From positions 896,001-960,000 of the forward strand of contig CBDESU010000002.1 of assembly GCA_965242695.1 (NCBI GenBank): DNA of 64,000 bases, given 5' to 3'. Position 1 is the stretch's first letter. Each line of letters opens with the position of its first letter. The notes below the pieces were generated by a model, which saw only the letters and a list, made by a program, of their open reading frames with translations, was not told the DNA's origin and ran no database searches. Below, one piece after another: positions 1-10,688 of this stretch. The position numbers and the translations under genes were made by a program. Origin of the DNA: Cenarchaeum sp. Its GTDB lineage: Archaea; Thermoproteota; Nitrososphaeria; Nitrososphaerales; Nitrosopumilaceae.

Positions 1-111
1 GCTGATCCGGCGCGCCCGCGGCAGCCGGGCGGCCGGCATTCGCCGGCGGCGCGGTCCGCACGACCATACTGCACGGGAATCGCCGGCATCGGCCGTATCC
101 CGGTGCCGCGG

Positions 112-1263
112 CTACGGGCCGCCGCCGGATTCCCCCTTTGCAAGCGCGTCGAGCGCCTCCTCGAACAGCTCCTGCTCGGCCTCGCCCGTCCCGTCGACGG
201 CAATCCTCTCGACGCGGGTGAAGGCCCCCTTCCTGCGCCGAAAGTAGTACAGGCCGAGGTCGTCGGGGCCTATGATCCCGTCGTGGACCATGTTCAGCAC
301 CCCGTTGACGACATAGTCGCTGTGCGTTGCAAGCACCAGGTCCACGCGCCGCGACAGCGCAGCTCGGACCATCCCCTTGGCGAACCTCAGCTGCACGAGC
401 GGCTCTATCCCAGCCTCCGGCTCCTCGACTGCTAGGGCGCCGCCGGGACGCACGCCGTGCAGGGCGGCCACGACGGGGAGCGCTGAGAGCACGCCGGATC
501 CCGCCAGGCCTATCTCTGCCTCAAAGCCGGACTGGTCCCTGTACAGCAGGGCCGCGGGGCCGCCAGCGGCGGACACGGCGAGCGATCCGCCGAAAACGCC
601 CGAGAACGCGGCCCTGGCGTCTTCGCCGAGCCCGCCCGAAAGCGCCCCGATCACGGCGCCGTAGAACTGCCCGAGGTGCTCGGGCATTTGCCCTGCAAGG
701 CGCAGCTGCGGCGCGCCGCCCGGGGCGCATCCCGGCCCCGTTCCGCCGGCGCCATCCGGGGCGGAATTGAACACGTCTTTTGCCTGCAGAGTCGCCAGCA
801 GCGACTGGATTGTCCCGGCCCTGCCGGCGGGGACGTACATGCTGCCAGCCGGCGCGCCGCCCGGGGCGGCGGCGCGCGGCGGCGCGGAGAGCGCGGCGCC
901 GTCATCTGCCGCGCCCCTGTCAAAGTCTAGCCTTATCGGTGCCTCGCAGCCCGCAATCTCGAGCCGGCCGGAAGGCTTTGCATGAGTGACCACGTCGCGC
1001 CGCCTGATGCCTGCGCTCCTGAGGATGGCGTTCGACATGGCCGCGCCCGGCGGCCTGTCCCTGCCGTCGCCGGGTCCGCCGGCGCCGGCGGGATGCTGCC
1101 GCCCGGCGGCCGCCGGGTCGAGCCGGCGCACCCCGTGCATGATCCTGGCCGCGATTGACTTGCCCGAGTTGTTTGGGCCTATGAACACGCTAAGCCGGTG
1201 GCGGCCGATTGCGGCTCGGTCTATCGGCCCGATGTTCTCGAGTCTGATCTCTTCAAACTTTAT
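112..1263 (-). CDS. ABC-type/AAA_15-like ATPase (defence-associated type)
   Basis: Walker A GPNNSGKS, signature-like GSG, Walker B LAVEEPE, H-loop ATHS. The frame extends upstream of the listed GTG (1188) as IKFEEIRLENIGPI, a typical N-terminus for this family, starting at an ATA codon (1263). Confidence 0.8.
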   Translation of the reverse strand: MKFEEIRLENIGPIDRAAIGRHRLSVFIGPNNSGKSIAARIMHGVRRLDPAAAGRQHPAGAGGPGDGRDRPPGAAMSNAILRSAGIRRRDVVTHAKPSGRLEIAGCEAPIRLDFDRGAADDGAALSAPPRAAAPGGAPAGSMYVPAGRAGTIQSLLATLQAKDVFNSAPDGAGGTGPGCAPGGAPQLRLAGQMPEHLGQFYGAVIGALSGGLGEDARAAFSGVFGGSLAVSAAGGPAALLYRDQSGFEAEIGLAGSGVLSALPVVAALHGVRPGGALAVEEPEAGIEPLVQLRFAKGMVRAALSRRVDLVLATHSDYVVNGVLNMVHDGIIGPDDLGLYYFRRRKGAFTRVERIAVDGTGEAEQELFEEALDALAKGESGGGP

Positions 1264-1665
1264 GCCGCTCGGCGGCGGATGTGCGTTATATTAACTGCTT
1301 ACGGGGCTTGAGGTGCTAGGGGGTGGTTGACCGGACGCCACATGGACGGACGGTCATCTTATACATGGCCGCGGGCGCCTCCCGGACGTTGTGGCACGTT
1401 CAATATGGTCACCTACGGGCTCCGCAGCCGTGAAATTTGCCCACTATCACACCGTACAGGTCGACCATGCAATGCACCGTGTGAAGGCCCACTACAGGAC
1501 AGCCATGTCAGCACAGACAAGACGGATGGATCGCCTGAGACAAGCCGCTGACGGGCAAGCCTGGCTTGTGCTACCGCCGCCCGGCTAGGCGTCAATAGGC
1601 CTAGGCGTGAAGTGGATGGCGCCCTAATACTTTTAACACGACGGTTGCGGCCTCAAAATCAGAGC

Positions 1666-4410
1666 ATGGCGACGCCAGAGGTTGCGGCTAGGCGCAACAT
1701 AGACAAGATGCTTGAACAATCAGGGTGGGTTGTACAGGACTACGAGAACCTAGACTTTGGAACCAATACAGGCGTGGCTGTCAGAGAGTACCCGCTTGGT
1801 AGGGAGGCGTGCGACTACGCCCTCTTTATAGGCCGGCACCCTGTTGGCGTAGTAGAAGCAAAGCCTGAGGGTTGGACGCTACTGGGCGTCACCTCGCAGT
1901 CCGACAAGTACCTGAAAGGACTAAGCGAGAAATTTCCTCAGGCACCACGGAATCCTCCATTCTCTTATGAAACGACCGGGATACAAACCATATTTACAGA
2001 CAGGCGTGATCCCGACTATCGTTCTAGAGATGTCTTCACATTTCATAGGCCAGAGGTTATGGAGCGCTGGCTTATGGAGGAAAAAACCATGCGAGCAAGA
2101 CTCGAAGAAATCCCTCAGTTAGACTATCCAAATTTGTGGGACTGCCAGTCCCGAGCCGTTAAAAACTTGGAAAAATCGTTTTCTGAAAACAGACAGCGTG
2201 CCTTGATCCAGATGGCCACGGGTAGCGGCAAGACGTTCACGGCAGTTACGTTTGCTTACAGACTAATTAAACATGCGGGGGCGAGGAAGATACTATTCTT
2301 AGTAGATCGAAATAATCTGGGACAGCAGGCGTTGAGTGAATTTGCGCGGTATGATACACCAGATGACGGAAGAAAATTTACCGAGCTATACAACGTTCAA
2401 CATTTACAAGGACAAATAATCGACCCAGTTTCTAAGGTTGTAATATCGACTGTTCAGAGAATGTACTCAATTCTAAAGGGCGAAAAAGAATTCGATGAAA
2501 CATCTGAAACATTCTCTCAGTTTGACCAAAACATGAACGATGATCCCGTAGTAGTAGAATACAATCCCCACATTCCCATTGGGGAGTTCGATTTTATTAT
2601 AATCGACGAGTGTCATAGAGGAATATACAACAAGTGGAAGCAAGTGCTAGACTACTTTGATTCGTTTTTAATAGGCCTAACCGCCACGCCGTCAAAAAGT
2701 ACCGTGGGATTTTTTGAGAACAATCAAGTAATGGCTTATACACATGAGCGGGCTGTGGCTGATGGTGTAAACGTCGGGTATCATGTGTATAAAATTCGGA
2801 CGCAAATAACGCGGGATGGAGGTAAAATAGAAGCGGGTGAAGTTGTAGAGAAACGTGACAAACTGACACGAAAACAGTGGCAAGAAAGGCTAGACACCGA
2901 TATGATCTACGAACCTTCTAGGCTAGACAGGGATGTAGTGGCGACGGATCAAATACGACTTGTCATTAAGACTTTCAAAGATCGTCTGCACGAGATATTT
3001 CCTGGTAGGGAGGTGGTTCCAAAGACATTAATATTTGCAAAAGACGATTCTCATGCAGAGGATATCACTAGAATTGCCAGGGAGGTTTTTGGGAAAGGAA
3101 ATGAATTTTGCCAAAAAATAACCTACAAAACAACTGGAGACAAGCCAGAAAACATTATTGCAAGCTTTCGAAACTTTTATCGTCCACGCATCGCGGTTAC
3201 CGTCGACATGATGGCTACAGGAACCGACATTCGACCATTAGAATGCATTATATTCATGAGAGATGTAAAATCCAAAATCTACTTTGATCAGATGAAAGGG
3301 CGAGGAAGTAGGGTGATCCGCGCAGATGATCTGCTAGCAGTGACTCCCGATGCAAAATCAAAAGATCACTATGTGATTGTAGATGCGGTGGGGGTATGTG
3401 AACACTCCTTGTCCGACACGCATTCTTTAAGAAGGAGCAACGCCTCGCTCAAAGAGCTCATGCAAGCAGTGTCAGAAGGGCGCTCTGATGAAGATGCTGT
3501 ATCATCGCTGGCAGACAAGTTGGCAAGGCTTGACCGTTCCTTGGACACAAAAGCAAAAGATGAAATTGAGGCGGCGTCTAGTGGTGTAACTCTGTCCCAA
3601 ATGGCAAACAGGTTACTCGATGGAATAGACCCAGATGTACAAGCCGAGTACGCAAGGAAAAAGTTTATGACATCTTCCCCTACTGATGACCAGCTTGAAC
3701 GAGCCAGTAACGAGATAATAAAGGATGTATGTCGGATGTTCGATGACGCTCATCTCCGCCAAACCATACTAGATGTTAAGGCCCGTCGGGAGATGGTCAT
3801 TGACTCGGATTCCATTGATAATCTGGTTGCGGCTGGATTCGATCGCGAAGCCAATGATATCAGCAACAAAGTCAGGGAAAGCTTTGAAGGGTTTTTGGCT
3901 AAAAACAAGGCTGAACTTGTAGCGTTGCAAATACTGCACTCCCAGCCTTACAGAATCCGAGAGCTAACGTTTAAAGACATTAAGACACTGGCTGCAAAAA
4001 TCGAAGAACCACCCTTCCGAATGGACACTAGGCTGCTCTGGAGTGCTTACAAAAATCTTGAGAAGTCAAAAACAAAAAATAACTCCCATGTCACATTGAC
4101 CGACCTAATTTCTATAGTTCGGTTTGCCATAGGTGAGGAGAAAGTCCTTATTCCGTTTGGTGAGAAAGTAGATCGAAAGTTTTCCAATTGGATGGAAAAT
4201 CAAGGATCAGCTGGTAGAAAGTTTACAAGTGAACAAAAAGACTGGCTTATTATGATGAAAAATCACATAGCCGCGTCAATTGTTGCTACAGTAGAAGACA
4301 TGGATGATGTTCCATTTTCCCAAAAAGGTGGACGCATTAAGCTGCACGATTTGTTTGGCGATGATTATAAACAGATTCTAGAGGAGTTGAACCAGGAGCT
4401 GATTAGTTAA
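1666..4410 (+). CDS. hsdR: Type I restriction enzyme R subunit
   Basis: Nuclease motif DY...VVEAK, helicase motifs MATGSGKT, DECH, GLTATP, QMKGRG; first gene of an R-S-M operon; ATG at 1666. Confidence 0.95.
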   Translation: MATPEVAARRNIDKMLEQSGWVVQDYENLDFGTNTGVAVREYPLGREACDYALFIGRHPVGVVEAKPEGWTLLGVTSQSDKYLKGLSEKFPQAPRNPPFSYETTGIQTIFTDRRDPDYRSRDVFTFHRPEVMERWLMEEKTMRARLEEIPQLDYPNLWDCQSRAVKNLEKSFSENRQRALIQMATGSGKTFTAVTFAYRLIKHAGARKILFLVDRNNLGQQALSEFARYDTPDDGRKFTELYNVQHLQGQIIDPVSKVVISTVQRMYSILKGEKEFDETSETFSQFDQNMNDDPVVVEYNPHIPIGEFDFIIIDECHRGIYNKWKQVLDYFDSFLIGLTATPSKSTVGFFENNQVMAYTHERAVADGVNVGYHVYKIRTQITRDGGKIEAGEVVEKRDKLTRKQWQERLDTDMIYEPSRLDRDVVATDQIRLVIKTFKDRLHEIFPGREVVPKTLIFAKDDSHAEDITRIAREVFGKGNEFCQKITYKTTGDKPENIIASFRNFYRPRIAVTVDMMATGTDIRPLECIIFMRDVKSKIYFDQMKGRGSRVIRADDLLAVTPDAKSKDHYVIVDAVGVCEHSLSDTHSLRRSNASLKELMQAVSEGRSDEDAVSSLADKLARLDRSLDTKAKDEIEAASSGVTLSQMANRLLDGIDPDVQAEYARKKFMTSSPTDDQLERASNEIIKDVCRMFDDAHLRQTILDVKARREMVIDSDSIDNLVAAGFDREANDISNKVRESFEGFLAKNKAELVALQILHSQPYRIRELTFKDIKTLAAKIEEPPFRMDTRLLWSAYKNLEKSKTKNNSHVTLTDLISIVRFAIGEEKVLIPFGEKVDRKFSNWMENQGSAGRKFTSEQKDWLIMMKNHIAASIVATVEDMDDVPFSQKGGRIKLHDLFGDDYKQILEELNQELIS

Positions 4411-5795
4411 TGAACCAATCTCTTGTTAAAGAAAAACTTCCTGACGGGTGGGTCAAAAGCAGTCTTTTTAGCTGTGTTGAAATTTTAGATCACAAACGCA
4501 TTCCGATAAATGCCAATCAGCGTAAGCAAAGAGCTGGCCCTATACCATACTATGGCGCAACAGGCCAGGTAGGTTGGATAGATGATTATTTATTTAATGA
4601 AGAATTGGTGTTACTAGGGGAAGACGGAGCACCGTTTTTAGACTTTTTTAAAAATAAAGCATATTTAATTTCTGGAAAAAGCTGGGTAAACAACCATGCT
4701 CATGTTTTAAAGGGCATAAGTGGGATCGTCTTGAACAAATACCTGTGCCATTATTTAAATTGGTTTAATTATAAAGAATATGTTACGGGAACAACCAGAC
4801 TAAAACTAAACCAAACCAGTATGAAAAGCATTCCTGTTTTACTGCCACCTTTCTCTGAGCAAAAACAAATCGTCAGCAAACTTGAATCAGTCTTTACACG
4901 GATTGACGTAGTTAAGAACATTTTGGAGACCTCCAAAACATCTGCTCAACATGCGCAACAGTCTGTACTTGCTGTTGCATTTGAAGGTAAATTGGTCTCG
5001 CAAGACCCAAAAGATCCGCCAGCGTCTGCATTAATAAATAAAATAGGTGCGAGCCAACCTACTTATCGCCTCCGTCAATCCAAAACATGTAATGCGCTGT
5101 CACGAAATAACTTCTCAAACGTAAGTGTACAGCTTCCAGATGGTTGGACACACGCAACATTAGAACAGATAGCAATGATAACTCCTGGTCAATCACCACC
5201 GTCTTCAAGCTATAACCAGAAACGCTCTGGCATCCCATTTTTTCAAGGTAAAACTAATTTTGGTGAGCTACACCCGACACCGCAACACTGGTGCACAAAC
5301 CCTAGAAAGATCGCTGTGAAAAATGACATTTTAATTTCAGTCAGAGCACCTGTTGGGCCTACAAATCTAGCCAAGGAAACATGTTGTATTGGAAGAGGTT
5401 TATCTGGAATCAGGGTCACTGATAAAATTCATTTCAAATATATATTGTACCATATACGTGCGATCGAAAAAAGCATTGCGGCGAGTGGAACTGGAACTAC
5501 TTTTAAAGCCATTAGTAACAAACAATTAAAATCTATTGTGCTAAACATTGCACCCTACAATGAACAAAAACGTATTGTTGTTAAACTCGACTCAATTTTT
5601 AAAAGCATAGGCATATTATTGACACATGTTGAATCTACAATAATTTACCTCAATGCACTCAAAAGCAGTACGTTAAAATTGGCTTTTGATGGTCAACTGG
5701 TTTCCCAAGATGTTAACACCAAACCTGCAACAATTTTGTTTAAAAAAATTAATTCGAAAAGCAATTACTTAAAAAGTGTAAATTCTAAGGAGTGA
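4410..5795 (+). CDS. hsdS: Type I restriction enzyme specificity subunit
   Basis: Two TRD + conserved-region repeats (LPDGW...LPPFSEQKQIV; LPDGW...APYNEQKRIV...AFDGQLV); overlaps the hsdR stop. Confidence 0.95.
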   Translation: MNQSLVKEKLPDGWVKSSLFSCVEILDHKRIPINANQRKQRAGPIPYYGATGQVGWIDDYLFNEELVLLGEDGAPFLDFFKNKAYLISGKSWVNNHAHVLKGISGIVLNKYLCHYLNWFNYKEYVTGTTRLKLNQTSMKSIPVLLPPFSEQKQIVSKLESVFTRIDVVKNILETSKTSAQHAQQSVLAVAFEGKLVSQDPKDPPASALINKIGASQPTYRLRQSKTCNALSRNNFSNVSVQLPDGWTHATLEQIAMITPGQSPPSSSYNQKRSGIPFFQGKTNFGELHPTPQHWCTNPRKIAVKNDILISVRAPVGPTNLAKETCCIGRGLSGIRVTDKIHFKYILYHIRAIEKSIAASGTGTTFKAISNKQLKSIVLNIAPYNEQKRIVVKLDSIFKSIGILLTHVESTIIYLNALKSSTLKLAFDGQLVSQDVNTKPATILFKKINSKSNYLKSVNSKE

Positions 5796-5800
5796 CAAAA

Positions 5801-7288
5801 ATGTCAAGTGAAGCGCCTGTTATAGTTCAAAAAATATGGAACTTTTGTGATGTATTACGAGATGATGGTGTGTCTTACGGTGATTATGTAGAGCAGTTGA
5901 CATACCTTTTGTTTCTAAAAATGGCGGATGAACAGACCAGGCCTCCATTTAGACAAAAATCATCTATCCCACAAAAGTACTCATGGCCGACATTAATATC
6001 AAAATCGGGTGATGAACTAGAGATACACTATCGACGTATTCTGGAACAACTTTCTCATAAACCGGGGTTGCTTGGCATGATATTTAGAAAATCTCAGAAC
6101 AAAATTCAAGATCCTGCAAAATTAGAACGGTTGATCAAACTAATTGATGGTGATCCAAAAGACAGACAAAGGGTCGTTTGGGTTGGATTGGACATTGATG
6201 TTAAAGGTGAAATTTACGAAGGATTATTAGAAAAGAACGCTGAAGATGTCAAAGGTGGTGCAGGCCAGTACTTTACACCGCGTGCATTGATTAACACGAT
6301 CGTTGATGTAATACAGCCCAAACCCATGGAAACTATAGGTGACCCTGCATGTGGAACGGGTGGCTTTTTTTTGGCAGCCCACAAGTATCTTGTAGAGAAC
6401 TTTAACCTTGATCCAGATCAGAAATTGTTTCTCAAAAATCACACCTTCGTTGGATATGATATTGTCACCGAAGTAGCAAGATTGTGTGCCATGAACATGT
6501 ACTTACACAGTATCGGTTCTACTGAAAGCCAAATTGTTGTAGGTGATTCGCTTATAGGTGATCCGGGCAATCGCTTCGACATAATTATGACCAATCCCCC
6601 ATTTGGAAAAAAATCAAGTAACAAAATTGTCACCAAAGATGGCAAGGTAGAACGCCAGACACTGTCATACCAAAGAAACGATTTCTGGTCAACTACTACT
6701 AACAAGCAGCTAAATTTCCTTCAACATGTGAAGACACTGCTCAAGCCCCGTGGTCGGTGTGCAATAGTTATTCCAGATAATGTTTTGTTTGAAGGCGGTG
6801 CAGGTGAAACCATTAGAAAAAGGCTGTTAGATCATATGGATGTTCATACACTCCTTAGGCTTCCTACTGGTATATTCTATGCGGGTGGTGTTAATGCGAA
6901 TGTTTTGTTTTTTGATAAAAAACCAGCTAGGACTGACAACAAGCCGTGGACCGAGAACTTGTGGATATACGATTTTCGAACGAATCAACATTTTACTTTA
7001 AAACAAAATATGTTAACACGTGATGATTTGGATGATTTTGTTAGATGTTACAATCCACAAAATCGATGGGATCGCAAAGAAACTGATCAATTTAAAGTAT
7101 TTACGTATGACGATATTATTAAACGTGACAAAATAAATCTTGATATACGCTGGCTTGATGAGAAGTCGTCCAAAGACAACGCCGCAACGTTTATATCGCC
7201 TGATTTAATTGTACAAAAAATTTTAAATAACCTAGAGTCTGCATTAGACACAACAAAACATCTTGCTTTAGATCTAAAGGGTGAGTAG
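5801..7288 (+). CDS. hsdM: Type I restriction enzyme N6-adenine methyltransferase subunit
   Basis: GQYFTPR, DPACGTGGF (SAM binding), NPPF (catalytic), RLPTGIFY. Confidence 0.95.
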   Translation: MSSEAPVIVQKIWNFCDVLRDDGVSYGDYVEQLTYLLFLKMADEQTRPPFRQKSSIPQKYSWPTLISKSGDELEIHYRRILEQLSHKPGLLGMIFRKSQNKIQDPAKLERLIKLIDGDPKDRQRVVWVGLDIDVKGEIYEGLLEKNAEDVKGGAGQYFTPRALINTIVDVIQPKPMETIGDPACGTGGFFLAAHKYLVENFNLDPDQKLFLKNHTFVGYDIVTEVARLCAMNMYLHSIGSTESQIVVGDSLIGDPGNRFDIIMTNPPFGKKSSNKIVTKDGKVERQTLSYQRNDFWSTTTNKQLNFLQHVKTLLKPRGRCAIVIPDNVLFEGGAGETIRKRLLDHMDVHTLLRLPTGIFYAGGVNANVLFFDKKPARTDNKPWTENLWIYDFRTNQHFTLKQNMLTRDDLDDFVRCYNPQNRWDRKETDQFKVFTYDDIIKRDKINLDIRWLDEKSSKDNAATFISPDLIVQKILNNLESALDTTKHLALDLKGE

Positions 7289-7656
7289 CTTGTATATGTT
7301 TTATACGACATGCCGTGAATACTTCCTGGTCTGTATCACTACTATTCAGCTCGGGACCATCATGCAAAATAAATTTACAGTTAATTTTCACTACAGATGT
7401 TCTTATAATTATTTGTTCAAAGATGTTTTGAAATTTAATACCAATATACTACTGGACAATATTAGAATCGTTACTTGTATAACTTTTTTCTTATGCCAGC
7501 AAGCCACTTACACAATATCCTTGTTAAAGAGATATTCTGTATTTTTGATACGTAGAGTAGTGTCGCAACAAAGCCACAGTATGGGATATTCGCCACCGTT
7601 ATCACACGTATGTCATTATCGCCTTGGACGGTGGTTGGGAATGGTGAGTGATTAAC

Positions 7657-9246
7657 ATGTCCCTTGCTAGAACCGTCCGCGTCGCCGTCAAGCTCCTCCC
7701 GTCGCTGCTCGCGCTGCGCCGCGACCGCCGCCAGTGGATACGGCAGGAGGGGCGCAACGTGGAGACCGAGCGCTACCGCCGCAACGCAAGAAGGGCCCTC
7801 GAGACGTTCATCGCGCTCGGCCCCGTGTACATAAAGCTCGGCCAGTGGCTCTCCTCGAGGGCCGACATACTGCCGCAGCCGTACATGGAAGAGCTCGCAA
7901 AGCTCCAGGACGACGTCCCGCCTGCCCCCTTCGAGTCCGTGCGGCCGGTCATAGAGGCCGAGCTGGGCGGGACCATACCCGAAAAGTTCGACAGCATGGA
8001 GCGCGAGGCGTTCTCGGGAGCCTCCCTCGGCCAGGTGTACAGGGCCGAGTCGGGCGGCCGCCGGCTCGTCGTAAAGGTCAAGCGGCCGGGCATCGACGGG
8101 CAGGTCGAGGAGGACCTCGCCGTCCTCAAGAGGGTCCTGCCGCTGGCGATGCGGTTCGTCGACCCCAACCTCCAGTTCTCGGCCCGCGCGATGCTCGCGC
8201 AGTTCGTCGAGACCATACGGGAGGAGATGGACTACACGGTAGAGCTCGAAAACCTCCGCCGCATAAGGGACAACATGCGCCCGTACCCCGACGTGATCGT
8301 GCCCGACGCGTACCCCGAGCTGTCCTCGGGCAGCGTCCTGACCATGGAGTACGTGCCGGGCGTAAAGGTCACCGACATCGCCGAGCTCGACCGCCTTGGC
8401 GTGGACCGCCGCAAGCTCGTCACCGACATACACCGCATATTCTTCACGATGCTGCTCCGGCATGCCGTCTTCCACGCCGACCCGCACCCGGGCAACCTCT
8501 CGGTGGCCCCCGACGGCCGGCTCATCCTGTACGACTACGGCATGGTCGGCAGGCTCGACGGCGAGACGCGGATGCAGCTCGTCCGCCTGTACCTGGCCCT
8601 CGTCGACAAGGACCCGTCTAGGACGGTCGATGCAATGTCGGCCCTGGGGATGCTCACGCCAGACTTCAACCGGACCGTGATAGAGAGGGCCATCGAGCTG
8701 ACCGTGCGGGCCATGCACGGGCGCCGCCCCGAGGAGATGGAGGTGCGCAGCCTCATGGAGATCGCCAACAAGACCATGAGCAGGTTCCCGTTCATACTGC
8801 CAAAGCACCTAGCGCTGTACATGAGGATGGGGTCCATCATCGAGGGCATCTACCGGACGCACGACGTCGACTTCAAGTTCGTCAGGGTGCTGCGCGACAT
8901 ACTCGTCGAGGAGAACCTGCTGCGCGACGCGTACGCCGAGGAGGCAAAGCTCTACCTGGGCCGCATCGCAAAGTCGATCGACGCCGTCGTCGGGCTCGCG
9001 CCGGACCTGCGCAGGATGGTCGACGACGCAAGGTCGGACCGGCTGCGGGGGCGCGGCGGCGGGGGAGGCGGGGGAGGCGGGCCGCTCGCACTCCTGCCGG
9101 GGGCCGTCATGGCGGGATCCGTGTTCGTCGGCTCGTCCATACTGCACGGGACGGGCGCCGTCGGCGGCGATATCGCCGCGGCCGGCATGGCATGCTCGCT
9201 TGCGGCCATGGGTGTTCTGGCGGCGCTCGGGCTGCGGCGCAGGTAG
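7657..9246 (+). CDS. ABC1/AarF/UbiB family atypical kinase
   Basis: LGPVYIKLGQ, ASLGQVY, VKVKRP, FHADPHPGN, DYGMVG; C-terminal transmembrane segments. Confidence 0.93.
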   Translation: MSLARTVRVAVKLLPSLLALRRDRRQWIRQEGRNVETERYRRNARRALETFIALGPVYIKLGQWLSSRADILPQPYMEELAKLQDDVPPAPFESVRPVIEAELGGTIPEKFDSMEREAFSGASLGQVYRAESGGRRLVVKVKRPGIDGQVEEDLAVLKRVLPLAMRFVDPNLQFSARAMLAQFVETIREEMDYTVELENLRRIRDNMRPYPDVIVPDAYPELSSGSVLTMEYVPGVKVTDIAELDRLGVDRRKLVTDIHRIFFTMLLRHAVFHADPHPGNLSVAPDGRLILYDYGMVGRLDGETRMQLVRLYLALVDKDPSRTVDAMSALGMLTPDFNRTVIERAIELTVRAMHGRRPEEMEVRSLMEIANKTMSRFPFILPKHLALYMRMGSIIEGIYRTHDVDFKFVRVLRDILVEENLLRDAYAEEAKLYLGRIAKSIDAVVGLAPDLRRMVDDARSDRLRGRGGGGGGGGGPLALLPGAVMAGSVFVGSSILHGTGAVGGDIAAAGMACSLAAMGVLAALGLRRR

Positions 9247-9286
9247 GCAGGGGGCTGCCCGGCCCGCCGCGTAGCGGCCGCCGCCG

Positions 9287-9649
9287 CTATCCGCGGGGAA
9301 TCTTGACTGTGAGGACGCCGCCGGCGCACGTTGCAGTGCACCGCCCCTCCCCTCCCGCCGGGTACGGGAGCCTCACGGTCTTGTCGAGGCGGCGCGGCCT
9401 CTGCAGGCTGACGGCCCTGCCGGGCTCGGGCCCGTCGCCCTCGCCCTTTTCGGCGCGGATCGTCAGCAGGTCGCCTCGCACGCGCACGCTAATGTCCTCC
9501 ATGCCGAACCCCGGGACGTCGGCAAGGACGGTGAGGCCGGACGGGTCCTCGCGGATGTCGACGGGGGGTAGCACGAACTCGTAGAACTCGATCGTCGTGC
9601 CGCCGGTCCCCTCGCCGTCGGCGCCGCCGCCCGCGGCCTCGCCCAACAT
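9287..9649 (-). CDS. Small heat-shock protein (Hsp20/alpha-crystallin)
   Basis: FYEFVLPPVDI..., ADVPGF, GVLTVKIP; TTTATA box ~22 nt upstream of ATG 9649. The longer listed ORF is a shadow extension. Confidence 0.85.
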   Translation of the reverse strand: MLGEAAGGGADGEGTGGTTIEFYEFVLPPVDIREDPSGLTVLADVPGFGMEDISVRVRGDLLTIRAEKGEGDGPEPGRAVSLQRPRRLDKTVRLPYPAGGEGRCTATCAGGVLTVKIPRG

Positions 9650-9899
9650 GCGCCGGGACGGCCCCGCCGCTATAAATTCCGGGCGGGGTGGGGACGGGGG
9701 AGGGGGCGCGCGAGCCGGCAGAATGGGACGGGGCCTGGCCGGAGTGCGGAGCGCGGACTTGACAGTTCGTCCCCTCCGCACTGCCGTGCGGCCTCTGCGT
9801 GCGGGGCGGCCGCCGGCGCCGCCCGAGGCCCCCGCCCCGCGCCTGCGGCCGGCCGGGCCGCCCGCAACCAATAATTGAGGGGCCCGCTGACCGGCGCGC

Positions 9900-10583
9900 G
9901 TGCTGGAGGCAGACGAGTACGGCGCGTACCGGAGCGCCCACAAGCGGATAGCCGCGGCCGTCATCGAGCGGTTCGTCAACGCAAAGACGCTCGCCGCCGC
10001 CGCGCACCTCCTCGACATCGAGGTCGAGGACGGGACGGGCCGCATCATGCTCAGGAGCGCGTCCGAGGAGCCGCCCCTGCTCGACTTTGCCATGTGCGAC
10101 GTGCGCACGGACGGGGCCACGGCAGTCGAGAGCTTCGCCAAGGGCGGCGGGGCCGCCGCCGAGGGCGACGCGGCCGAGTACGACGAGGCCCTGCTCAGGG
10201 CGCTCGGGTCGTCCACCACGTCCCTGTACGAGGTCGTCAAGCGCAGCCCCGACGGCGGCACGGCCGAGCTCGCCGACCTGCTCGACGGCGGCCGCATGGT
10301 CGTAACGGACAGGGCCCTGAGCCTGGGCGGGCCGGCCCCGGTGGCCGCCTTTCTGCGCGTCCTGCGCGTCGGCGAGATGAACATGACATCGGGCATGGCC
10401 CTGGCCTTCCCTGGGGCCGCCTCGCCGACGGTCATCTCAAAGTACGAGGCGATCGCAAAGCGCTCCAAGCGCCGCCCCGAGATCGTCCGGTTCGCCTCGT
10501 TCTTTAGGCTGCACCGGCTGTACGGCATGGCCGCCAAGTACGCCCTGCCGCCCCCCTCGCCGCCGGCCGCCGCCGCGCGCTGA
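9900..10583 (+). CDS. Hypothetical protein, paralog 1 of a tandem pair
   Basis: Host-like codon usage; shares AA.LLDI.VEDG, LLRAL..S..SL, GTAEL.D.L and TSGM.L.FP...ASFFRL with the next gene. Confidence 0.75.
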   Translation: MLEADEYGAYRSAHKRIAAAVIERFVNAKTLAAAAHLLDIEVEDGTGRIMLRSASEEPPLLDFAMCDVRTDGATAVESFAKGGGAAAEGDAAEYDEALLRALGSSTTSLYEVVKRSPDGGTAELADLLDGGRMVVTDRALSLGGPAPVAAFLRVLRVGEMNMTSGMALAFPGAASPTVISKYEAIAKRSKRRPEIVRFASFFRLHRLYGMAAKYALPPPSPPAAAAR

Positions 10584-10688
10584 GCCGCGGGCCGGTATGT
10601 TTATTGCCTAGGGCTATGACCGGCCGGCGGTGCAGCTAGGACGTACAAGGCGTACAGGACCGAGCGGGCAAAGATCAACCGCAAGCTC

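Larger units (their letters stand above)
1330..7650. mobile_element. Low-GC horizontally acquired island carrying the type I RM operon
   Basis: Visibly AT-rich, most strongly at 4400-7600, with an abrupt return to GC-rich host sequence near 7670. No integrase or transposase seen; boundaries approximate. Confidence 0.6.

Noticed and set aside
7281-7655. 124-aa AT-rich ORF after hsdM
   Set aside because: Composition does not look protein-like; probably a non-coding island edge.
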